Below, in pieces: positions 56,315 through 64,000 of a stretch of DNA of 64,000 nt (position 1 is the first letter of the stretch; each line of letters opens with the position of its first letter). The position numbers and the translations under genes were made by a program. This DNA is from Bacilli bacterium (GTDB taxonomy: Bacteria; Bacillota_I; Bacilli_A; RFN20; UBA1709), in the NCBI GenBank assembly GCA_045600465.1, contig JAZRXY010000020.1, positions 2,396 through 66,395 of the forward strand, in the 5' to 3' direction. Below the pieces are notes generated by a model that was not told where the DNA came from, searched no databases, and worked only from the letters and a program-made list of their open reading frames with translations.

Positions 56315-57403
56315 ATGAATTACACATGTTTGTACGATGAGCATGTAAAACTAAATGCTCAAATGGAAGAGTTTGCTGGTTTTATGATGCCAATTCAATA
56401 TAAGGGAATAGCGGAAGAACATAAAGCGGTTAGAGAAAATTGTGGCATTTTTGATGTTTCTCATATGGGGCAAGTTTTAATTACTAGAAGCAAAGCCCTA
56501 GAATACACCAATAAGATTTTTACAAATAAGATTCCTGATAAAGAAACTTCTAGAGTTATTTATGGAATGTTACTTGATGAAAAAGGATTCCCATTTGATG
56601 ATTTATTTATTTACAAATTAGATAATGAAGAGATCTTACTTGTTGTAAATGCTGCTAACCTAGTAGTAGATATGCTTTGGTTAAGAGAAAACAAGAAAGA
56701 TTATAAAAATGATGTGAAACTTATCAATCGTAGTGGGGACTATGGCGAAGTAGCACTTCAAGGGCCAAATGCTTATAAAGTTTTTGAGGATTATTTTAAA
56801 TATGACACTAGTGATTTTAAATTCATGCATTTTGCTAAAGTTCCATTCAATGGCGAAGAATTACTAGTTTCCAGAAGTGGTTACACTGGCGAAGATGGCT
56901 TTGAAATTTATGGTACAAAAGAGAATATTCAAAAGATTTTTAAAGAACTAGTTTACGATAAAGGGGTAGAACCATGTGGACTTGGTTGTAGAGATACACT
57001 AAGATTTGAAGCTTGTCTACCTTTATATGGCCATGAGATGTCAAAATCAATTAACCCATTTGAAGCTGATATGGGATTTGGTGTTAAAATGGATAAAGAC
57101 TTTATTGGTAAGTCTGCTTTACAAGAATATTTAGATAAAGGAATCAAACGTAAAGTTGCTGGCTTAGAATTAATTGACAGAAATATTGCTAGAGCTAACT
57201 ACAAAGTTTATAAAGATGATAAGGAAATAGGATATATTACAACAGGATATAAATGTCCAAGTTTAAATAAGGCTTGTGCATTAGCACTATTAGATATCAA
57301 TGAAACTAACATTGGTAATGAAGTCGTTATAGCAATCAGGGATAAAAAGGTTAGAGCAAAAGTAGTTGAAAAACCTTTCTATCATAAAAATTACGTTCGT
57401 TAA
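56315..57403 (+). CDS. gcvT: Glycine cleavage system aminomethyltransferase (T protein)
   Basis: FAGFMMPIQYKGIAEEHKAVRENCGIFDVSHMG and SRSGYTGEDGFEI motifs. Confidence 0.9.
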   Translation: MNYTCLYDEHVKLNAQMEEFAGFMMPIQYKGIAEEHKAVRENCGIFDVSHMGQVLITRSKALEYTNKIFTNKIPDKETSRVIYGMLLDEKGFPFDDLFIYKLDNEEILLVVNAANLVVDMLWLRENKKDYKNDVKLINRSGDYGEVALQGPNAYKVFEDYFKYDTSDFKFMHFAKVPFNGEELLVSRSGYTGEDGFEIYGTKENIQKIFKELVYDKGVEPCGLGCRDTLRFEACLPLYGHEMSKSINPFEADMGFGVKMDKDFIGKSALQEYLDKGIKRKVAGLELIDRNIARANYKVYKDDKEIGYITTGYKCPSLNKACALALLDINETNIGNEVVIAIRDKKVRAKVVEKPFYHKNYVR

Positions 57404-57427
57404 AATAATAAAAGGAGAGAGATTATT

Positions 57428-57823
57428 ATGGCATACGAAGCAAAGACAAAAAGTGATTTAAAGTATTCAAAAACACACGAATGGATTAGAGTTGAAGGAA
57501 ACGAAGCTTATGTTGGTATAAGTGATTATGCTCAACATCATTTAGGAGCTATCGTTTTTGTTGATCTACCTAGTGTTGGAAGCACTTATTCCAAGGATGA
57601 AGAATTTGGCGCTGTTGAAAGCGTTAAGGCAGCAAGTGATATCTATTTACCAGTAAGTGGTGAAATTCTTGATGTTAATGAAGAATTAAACGATGAACCA
57701 GGTAAAATCAATGATGACTGCTATGCTAACCACATCGCCCACATTAAACTTGATGATGCTAATGAATTAGAAGATTTAATGGATGAAAAAGCCTACATTG
57801 CATTTTGTGAAAACGAAAAGTAA
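57428..57823 (+). CDS. gcvH: Glycine cleavage system H protein
   Basis: Lipoyl-lysine motif VESVKAASDIY and THEWIRVEG N-terminus. Confidence 0.9.
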   Translation: MAYEAKTKSDLKYSKTHEWIRVEGNEAYVGISDYAQHHLGAIVFVDLPSVGSTYSKDEEFGAVESVKAASDIYLPVSGEILDVNEELNDEPGKINDDCYANHIAHIKLDDANELEDLMDEKAYIAFCENEK

Positions 57824-57838
57824 TTCGGAGGAATAAAT

Positions 57839-59152
57839 ATGCATAAATATCTACCACATAGTAATAAAGATATTGAAAGCATGTTAAAAGTTATCGGTGT
57901 TAAGTCTATCGATGACTTATTTAGTGATGTTCCAAAAGAAGTTTTATTGAAAGATGATATTAAAATTGGTAAGTCTTTAAGTGAAATAGAACTTGTTAAA
58001 TATTTTGATGAAATAGCTAAGATGAATAAGCAAAAAATCTGTCTATTAGGAGGCGGAGCTTATGATCACTTTACTCCAAGTGTTATTGGAGCAATTACAT
58101 CAAGAGAAGAATTTCTAACATCTTACACACCATATCAACCAGAAATTTCTCAAGGCACATTACAATACATCTTTGAATATCAATCAATGATTTGCGAATT
58201 AACCGGTTTTGAAGTATCAAATGCTTCATTATATGATGGTGCTACTTCTATTGTTGAAGCTATGTTTATGGCAGTAAGCCAAACTAGAAAAAATAAAGTA
58301 GCAGTTTCGAGCTGTTTAAATCCAAATATTATTAAAGTCATTGAAACATATGCCAAATTTAGAAATATAGAAGTTGTAGTTCTTAAATCTTATAAAGGAA
58401 GAACTTGCCCATTACATTTTGATAAAGTTAACAATGGCGAACTAGCTTGCGTTGTTATTCCTAACATTAACTATTATGGACTAGTTGAAGATGCTACAGG
58501 CATTTTTGATAAGATGCACGAACAAAAAGGATTGGCAATAAACTATGTTAATCCATTAAGTTTAGGAGTATTTAAATCACCAGTAGAGATGCATGCTGAT
58601 ATCGCAGTAGGTGATGGACAAACATTAGGAATCCCGCTAAATTTTGGTGGGCCATATTTAGGATTTATTGCAACAAGTGATAAATACATGAGAAAACTTC
58701 CAGGAAGAATTGTGGGAGCAAGTAAAGATAGTGATGGCAATCGTGCTTATGTATTAACTCTCCAAGCACGTGAACAACATATTAGAAGAGAAAAAGCAAC
58801 ATCTAACATTTGTTCTAACCAATCATTAATGGCTTTATGGGTCACAATTTATTTAAGTTTACTTGGTGAAAAAGGCTTAAAAGCAGTATGCGATTTAAAT
58901 ATTTCAAACTCACATTATGCTTATGCTAAATTATTAGAAAATAAACATTTTAAACCAGTATTCAATGAAGTCTTCTTCAACGAGTTTGTTGTGGAATGTG
59001 ACTTAGATTTAAAACTTGTTGATAAAGCATTAGAGGATAATGGATTTACTAGCGGAATTCATATCGATAACAATCGTATTATGTTTGCTTTCAGTGAAAA
59101 ACGTAGCAAACAAGAAATCGATAACTTTATCAAAGTTTTAGGAGGGTTGTAG
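57839..59152 (+). CDS. gcvPA: Glycine dehydrogenase (decarboxylating) subunit 1
   Basis: YLPHSNKDIESMLKVIG N-terminus, TPYQPEISQGTLQ and REQHIRREKATSNIC motifs. Confidence 0.9.
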   Translation: MHKYLPHSNKDIESMLKVIGVKSIDDLFSDVPKEVLLKDDIKIGKSLSEIELVKYFDEIAKMNKQKICLLGGGAYDHFTPSVIGAITSREEFLTSYTPYQPEISQGTLQYIFEYQSMICELTGFEVSNASLYDGATSIVEAMFMAVSQTRKNKVAVSSCLNPNIIKVIETYAKFRNIEVVVLKSYKGRTCPLHFDKVNNGELACVVIPNINYYGLVEDATGIFDKMHEQKGLAINYVNPLSLGVFKSPVEMHADIAVGDGQTLGIPLNFGGPYLGFIATSDKYMRKLPGRIVGASKDSDGNRAYVLTLQAREQHIRREKATSNICSNQSLMALWVTIYLSLLGEKGLKAVCDLNISNSHYAYAKLLENKHFKPVFNEVFFNEFVVECDLDLKLVDKALEDNGFTSGIHIDNNRIMFAFSEKRSKQEIDNFIKVLGGL

Positions 59153-59154
59153 TT

Positions 59155-60612
59155 ATGAATTATAATAAATTAATTTTTGACTATAAATGTGAAGATAGAA
59201 TAGGCGTCGATCTTCCTAAAAAAGAAGTTGATTACAAATATTCAGAAAAATTTGATCGAGTATTAAGTAATCGTAAGATAAACCTACCTTGCGCTAGTGA
59301 ATTAGAGGTAGTAAGACACTATACCAATTTATCATTCAAAAACTTTGGTGTTGAAACAGGATTCTATCCACTAGGATCTTGCACAATGAAATATAATCCT
59401 AAGATTAATGAGGTGATTGCAAGTAAATCTGAATTTACAAGCATCCACCCATTAGCAAGTGAGGATGATGTTCAAGGAAGTTTAAGAATTGGTTATGAAT
59501 TAGAGGAACTTTTAAAGAAAGTAACTGGAATGGATGGTATTTGCTTAAACCCATTTGCCGGAGCTCATGGTGAGTTATCTAGTTTAATGGTCATCAAGCA
59601 ATATCATATGAATAACAAAGACTATAAACGCAACAAAATTATTATTCCTGATAGTGCCCATGGTACTAACCCAGCTTCAAGCAATGTTTGTGGTTTTGAG
59701 ATTATTAATGTTGCATCTAACGCTGAAGGTAGAGTAGATGTTAATGAATTAAAAAAAGTATTAAATGATGAAGTGGCAGGTTTAATGCTAACTAATCCAA
59801 ATACTTTAGGAATGTTTGAAAAAGATATTCTAGAAATAACTAGATTAGTCCATGAAGCAGGAGGGCTAGTATATTACGATGGTGCAAACTTAAATGCGCT
59901 ACTTGGTAAAGTAAGGCCCAAAGATATGGGCTATGATGTTTTACATCTTAACTTACATAAAACTTTCTCGACTCCTCATGGTGGAGGAGGACCAGGAAGT
60001 GGACCTATTGGTTGTGTAGAAAAATTAGTTAAGTTATTACCAGCACCAATTTACACATACGATGGTAAAAAATACCATTTAGTAGAAGACAAAGATAGTT
60101 TAGGTAGAGTTTCATCATTCTATGGTAACTTTGGAGTCTACATTAAAGCTCTTGCATATTTAAAAACATTAGGAGAAGAAAATCTTGCTAATGTTAGCAA
60201 AATGGCAGTTTTAAATGCTAACTATATCAAAGAATCATTAAAGGATTGTTACAATATTTACACTGATGAACACTGCAAACACGAAGTTGTTTTTGCGGGT
60301 TTAAAAGATGCAAATGGGGTAACTACACTTGATGTAGCAAAGCGTTTGTTAGACTATGGCTATCACGCTCCAACAATTTACTTTCCATTAATTGTTGACC
60401 AAGCTTTAATGGTTGAACCAACAGAATCAGAGAGTAAAGAAACACTTGATGAATTTATTAACATCATGAAAGTTATCGCAAAAGAAGCCAAAGAAACACC
60501 AGAACTTGTTATTAGCGCACCTCATAATACTAACATTAAACGTATCGATGAAGTTTTAGCAGCTAGACACCCAATTCTTAACTATGAGGAGTTAGAAAAT
60601 GAAGAAGACTAG
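59155..60612 (+). CDS. gcvPB: Glycine dehydrogenase (decarboxylating) subunit 2
   Basis: PLGSCTMKYNP and the PLP-lysine region HLNLHKTFSTPHGGGGPG. Confidence 0.9.
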   Translation: MNYNKLIFDYKCEDRIGVDLPKKEVDYKYSEKFDRVLSNRKINLPCASELEVVRHYTNLSFKNFGVETGFYPLGSCTMKYNPKINEVIASKSEFTSIHPLASEDDVQGSLRIGYELEELLKKVTGMDGICLNPFAGAHGELSSLMVIKQYHMNNKDYKRNKIIIPDSAHGTNPASSNVCGFEIINVASNAEGRVDVNELKKVLNDEVAGLMLTNPNTLGMFEKDILEITRLVHEAGGLVYYDGANLNALLGKVRPKDMGYDVLHLNLHKTFSTPHGGGGPGSGPIGCVEKLVKLLPAPIYTYDGKKYHLVEDKDSLGRVSSFYGNFGVYIKALAYLKTLGEENLANVSKMAVLNANYIKESLKDCYNIYTDEHCKHEVVFAGLKDANGVTTLDVAKRLLDYGYHAPTIYFPLIVDQALMVEPTESESKETLDEFINIMKVIAKEAKETPELVISAPHNTNIKRIDEVLAARHPILNYEELENEED

Positions 60613-61918
60613 TTTAGTGATTATTGGTGGTGGACCTGGCGGATATGAAACAGCGCTTTATGCTAAAAATAACGGGATAGATTGTATTCTTATTGAAAAG
60701 GATAATCTTGGTGGGGTTTGTTTAAATAGAGGTTGTATTGCCACTAAAACATTAGTTCATGCAAGCCAAGAATATTACAATTTAAAATCACTTAAAGAAT
60801 ACGGTATTAGTGTCAATGATGTAAGTTTTGATTTAGCTACTTTAATTGATAAAAAAGATAAAGTAATTGCTTCTTTAAGAAACGGCATTGAATCAATGCT
60901 TGAACTTGCAGGCGTTGAACTAATAGTAGGCAAAGCAAGCCTAGTTGATAATAATCATGTAAAAGTAAATGATGAACTAATTGAAGCTAAAAATATTATT
61001 ATTGCGACAGGATCAAAACATATTGAATATGATTTTGGCACAAAAACACTTACCTCTAAATCTTTATTAGAAAGTAAAGATATCACGGATTCATTAATCG
61101 TTATCGGAGGCGGAGTAGTTGGTATTGAATGCGCATGCATTTATGCTTGCCTAGGCTTACAAGTTAACGTTATTGAAGCAGGTGAAGATATTTTAGTTAA
61201 TAATAACAAAGATGCAGTCACATTATTAAAACGTTATCTAAAAAAACTTGGAGTTAAATTAATTACGAATACTAAGGTTACTTCTATCACTAAAAATGAT
61301 AGCTATGAAGTAAGTTTAAGTAGTGGCAATGTAATTAGTGCTAAACACGTTTTACAATGTGCGGGCAGAAAAGCAAATCTAGAAAGTTTAAATTTAGATG
61401 ACATTGGTATTAAATATGATAAAAAGGGTATCATAGTCAATGATAAATTAGAGACTAATATCAATGGAATCTACGCTATTGGAGATATCAATGGTATCTT
61501 ACTTCTTGAATCAACAGCAGTTGCCCAAGGTAAGTACGTCATAGATAACTTATTAGGGAATAAATCCAGTTATGATTTAGATATGATTCCTAGAATTATT
61601 TATGCTTATCCTAGCCTGGCAGAAGTAGGGAAAAGTTTAACTTATTTAGACAAAGAAAACATTCATTATACGATAAAAAAAGCATTCTACATGTCTAATG
61701 GATATGCTAATGCTCAAAATAAGAAAGATGGAGCAGTTATCATGGCTATTTCAGATAGTAATGAAATCCTTAATTGCGCAATCATCGGAGCGGAAGCAGA
61801 AGAACTCATTCACATTGTTCAAATGATGATGGTTTCAAAGATTAGTTATAGTAAATTATCAAGTTTAACAATGGCACATCCAACATTATCAGAACTTGTG
61901 CTTCAAGCACTTAAATAG
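60599..61918 (+). CDS. lpdA: Dihydrolipoyl dehydrogenase (L protein/E3)
   Basis: VIIGGGPGGY, redox disulfide GGVCLNRGCIATK, and C-terminal AHPTLSE. Confidence 0.85.
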   Translation: MKKTSLVIIGGGPGGYETALYAKNNGIDCILIEKDNLGGVCLNRGCIATKTLVHASQEYYNLKSLKEYGISVNDVSFDLATLIDKKDKVIASLRNGIESMLELAGVELIVGKASLVDNNHVKVNDELIEAKNIIIATGSKHIEYDFGTKTLTSKSLLESKDITDSLIVIGGGVVGIECACIYACLGLQVNVIEAGEDILVNNNKDAVTLLKRYLKKLGVKLITNTKVTSITKNDSYEVSLSSGNVISAKHVLQCAGRKANLESLNLDDIGIKYDKKGIIVNDKLETNINGIYAIGDINGILLLESTAVAQGKYVIDNLLGNKSSYDLDMIPRIIYAYPSLAEVGKSLTYLDKENIHYTIKKAFYMSNGYANAQNKKDGAVIMAISDSNEILNCAIIGAEAEELIHIVQMMMVSKISYSKLSSLTMAHPTLSELVLQALK

Positions 61919-61929
61919 GAGGATAATTT

Positions 61930-62889
61930 ATGCCGTCATCATTAACTCATTATTGGTTTGCAAAAGATGTTGTAAATAGATATAAAAGCGACTTAGATTT
62001 CCTTAATAATAATCAATATAAGTATCTAACTTATGTGGGAACTCAAGGGCCAGATATCTTATTTTTCTATGGAATTCCTAGAAAAAGAATAAAAACTAAA
62101 GAAATTCAAGCATATGGAAGTCATTTACATAAAGAAGGTAGTGGCGAAAAATTTATAAAGATGCTAGAATATATGAAGAGTTATTCAGGAAACAAGGAAC
62201 CATTATATGCTTATCTATTTGGAGCAATGTTACATTATTGTCTAGATAGGAGAGCACATGCGTTTGTTTTTTATCGTACAGGCTTTCAATTAAAAAATGA
62301 ACCAATCTATCATTTTTCCTCAGATCACTGCAGATATGAAGCCTATATGGATACTGCTTTATTAACGCATTATCATACTTCTCCTTACATTATTAAGGCA
62401 TGGAAGGTAGTAAGTGCTGATGAAACATTAATGAAACAAGTAAGCAAAATGTATGCTTACAAAGAAGACTTAGAAGAGGCCACTTTCTATGATGGCTGGA
62501 AAGATATGGTATTAGCTGAGCATTTATTGCTTGATAGAAGTCATCTTAAAAGAGGCTTAATGTCCTTAATTGGACTTAAACATAGTGTGCCATATGCCAT
62601 GGTGCACAAAGATAAACTACCTAATGATGGAGTAGATTATCTTAACTTATCTCATGAAATGTGGGCTAACCCTGCAACTAATGAGAAACATCAAGAATCG
62701 TTCTTGGAGATTTTTGATGGGGCATTTGAAGAAACTCATATCGTAGTAGATATAATTAAAAAAGCAATGAATGGTAAGGATGTTACAAAAGATATCCAAA
62801 AATTCTGCTCAGAAATTAATTACGAAGGTATTTGTGTAGATCAAGAAATGAAGTATTACAAGTCTATTTACAAGAAGGAGGTAAAATAA
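61930..62889 (+). CDS. Zinc-dependent phospholipase C-like family protein (tentative)
   Basis: MPSSLTHYWFAK..GTQGPDILFFYG..GSHLH..GAMLHYCLDRRAH fits the His-rich pattern of PLC-like/DUF-type hydrolases. Not verified. Confidence 0.45.
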   Translation: MPSSLTHYWFAKDVVNRYKSDLDFLNNNQYKYLTYVGTQGPDILFFYGIPRKRIKTKEIQAYGSHLHKEGSGEKFIKMLEYMKSYSGNKEPLYAYLFGAMLHYCLDRRAHAFVFYRTGFQLKNEPIYHFSSDHCRYEAYMDTALLTHYHTSPYIIKAWKVVSADETLMKQVSKMYAYKEDLEEATFYDGWKDMVLAEHLLLDRSHLKRGLMSLIGLKHSVPYAMVHKDKLPNDGVDYLNLSHEMWANPATNEKHQESFLEIFDGAFEETHIVVDIIKKAMNGKDVTKDIQKFCSEINYEGICVDQEMKYYKSIYKKEVK

Positions 62890-64000
62890 TGGGACTAATT
62901 AGTTCAAGAGGTAAATTCCATATTGATGGTCATAAGGAATTAACTAAGGATTTAAAATTAGAAGTTTTAAATGATAAAGCATCATTAGAAAAACTTTATA
63001 TTCCTAAGTTGGTTGCTAATGGTCAACCAATCACATTTACTGTTGAAGTAGGCTCAAAAGTATTAAAGGGTGAAAAAATTGGAACAGGACCAGGATTTGG
63101 TGTTCCTGTATTCGCTCCAGTTAGCGGTGAAATCATTGGCGAAGAAAATCGTTACAACGCTTTAGTTGGTAGACCAATTCCACACTTTGTTTTAAAAAAC
63201 GACTTCAAGAATAAATGGGGAAAGAAATTACCTATCGTCAAAGAAAGTGCTACAAGAGATGAATTAGTAGCAGCAATTCAAAATGCCGGTATTGTCGGTT
63301 TAGGAGGCGCAGGTTTCCCAACATTTGTTAAATACAAGGGTGTTGCAGGATTACAAACATTAGTAGTTAATGCTGTTGAATGTGAACCATATCTAACAAC
63401 AGACTATCACTCAATGGGTGAAGATATGGAAATGTTCTTAAAGGGTATTGAACTACTAAGAAAAGCAGCTGATGCAAAAGAAGCTGTTATTGCAATTAAA
63501 GAGGATAAGAAAGCACTTATTGCTAAACTTAATGAAACAATTGCTAAAGATTATCCAACAATTAAAGTTTGTGAATTAAAAAACCGTTACCCAATGGGAT
63601 GGGAAAGAGTCACAATCTATGAAGTTACAAAGAAAGAGTACAAGATGTTGCCAAGTGAGATTGGTGTTGTAGTTAATAATGCTTCAACTGCTATTGCAAC
63701 AGCTTATGCATTATTAAAAGGCGAACCAATTCTATCAAGAAAACTAACAGTTAGTGGTAACGCAATTAAAACTCCTAAATACATTGAAGTCCCAATTTAC
63801 TTACCAGCTAGTGAAGTTATTAAAGCTGCTGGTGGATATAAAGAAGAAGTAGTTGATCTTCTTGCTGGTGGACCAATGTGTGGTAAAGGATTAATGAATG
63901 ATTCATTCGTTATTGAGAAACAACATGGTGGTTTAACAGTTTTAAAACATGAAGACTATCAAGCAAAAGAATTGCCTTGCTTAAGATGTGGTAAATGTAC
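62889..64000 (+). CDS. rnfC: Rnf electron-transport complex subunit C (3' end outside window)
   Basis: My own translation from ATG 62889 gives MGLISSRGKFH.. then IVGLGGAGFPTFVKY, VVNAVECEPYLTTDYH and the terminal LPCLRCGKC ferredoxin motif. The frame is open to the window edge. Confidence 0.85.
   Translation, partial: MGLISSRGKFHIDGHKELTKDLKLEVLNDKASLEKLYIPKLVANGQPITFTVEVGSKVLKGEKIGTGPGFGVPVFAPVSGEIIGEENRYNALVGRPIPHFVLKNDFKNKWGKKLPIVKESATRDELVAAIQNAGIVGLGGAGFPTFVKYKGVAGLQTLVVNAVECEPYLTTDYHSMGEDMEMFLKGIELLRKAADAKEAVIAIKEDKKALIAKLNETIAKDYPTIKVCELKNRYPMGWERVTIYEVTKKEYKMLPSEIGVVVNNASTAIATAYALLKGEPILSRKLTVSGNAIKTPKYIEVPIYLPASEVIKAAGGYKEEVVDLLAGGPMCGKGLMNDSFVIEKQHGGLTVLKHEDYQAKELPCLRCGKC

Overview
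A visibly AT-rich, gene-dense chromosomal segment that reads cleanly with the standard bacterial code: conserved proteins such as NrdD, GlpK and GcvP are uninterrupted, and Trp is TGG. The content points to a low-GC Bacillota/Mollicutes-related anaerobe. It carries a class III ribonucleotide reductase, desulfoferrodoxin, Rnf, many lipobox lipoproteins and dispersed single tRNA genes. The lineage cannot be resolved without database searches.

Most of the window is housekeeping:
- rRNA pseudouridine synthase, split CHR transporter, thiolase, HIT and GNAT proteins
- nrdG-nrdD-trxB, desulfoferrodoxin, ABC exporter, Nudix hydrolase, nitroreductase
- alanine dehydrogenase, M32 carboxypeptidase, CPBP protease, thioredoxin, MATE transporter, two M24 peptidases
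- glpK with a three-gene glycerol-3-phosphate dehydrogenase-like set, transaldolase-like aldolase, RdgB, GtrA
- two CNNM/CBS proteins, choline-kinase-like protein, gltX
- an lplA-gcvT-gcvH-gcvPA-gcvPB-lpd unit running into rnfC
- five tRNAs: His-GTG, Gly-GCC, Ser-CGA, Arg-CCT, Glu-CTC

I found no CRISPR array, rRNA, intact IS element or recognisable described defence system.

Candidates worth follow-up:
1. A terminator-bounded 1.7-kb module (16.9-18.6 kb). It holds an atypical WYL-domain protein, nested inverted repeats, two unannotated small ORFs (one strongly hydrophobic) and an XRE regulator.
2. A second NrdD-like paralog with an ATP-cone but no zinc-ribbon/glycyl-radical C-terminus, translationally overlapped with lplA at the head of the glycine-cleavage unit.
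3. An nrdG-nrdD-trxB operon in which NrdD carries a C-terminal CPNC thioredoxin-fold domain and the TrxB lacks the NADPH-specifying HRRxxxR arginines.
4. An in-frame TAA that cuts about 50 codons off lplA.
5. A DUF1538 membrane protein with two P-II-like proteins.
6. A membrane protein with degenerate GGDEF and EAL domains.
7. A small accessory patch downstream of tRNA-Glu with duplicated hairpin repeats bracketing a DUF4160/DUF2442 pair.

All functional calls come from motif reading by eye. None is backed by a database search.
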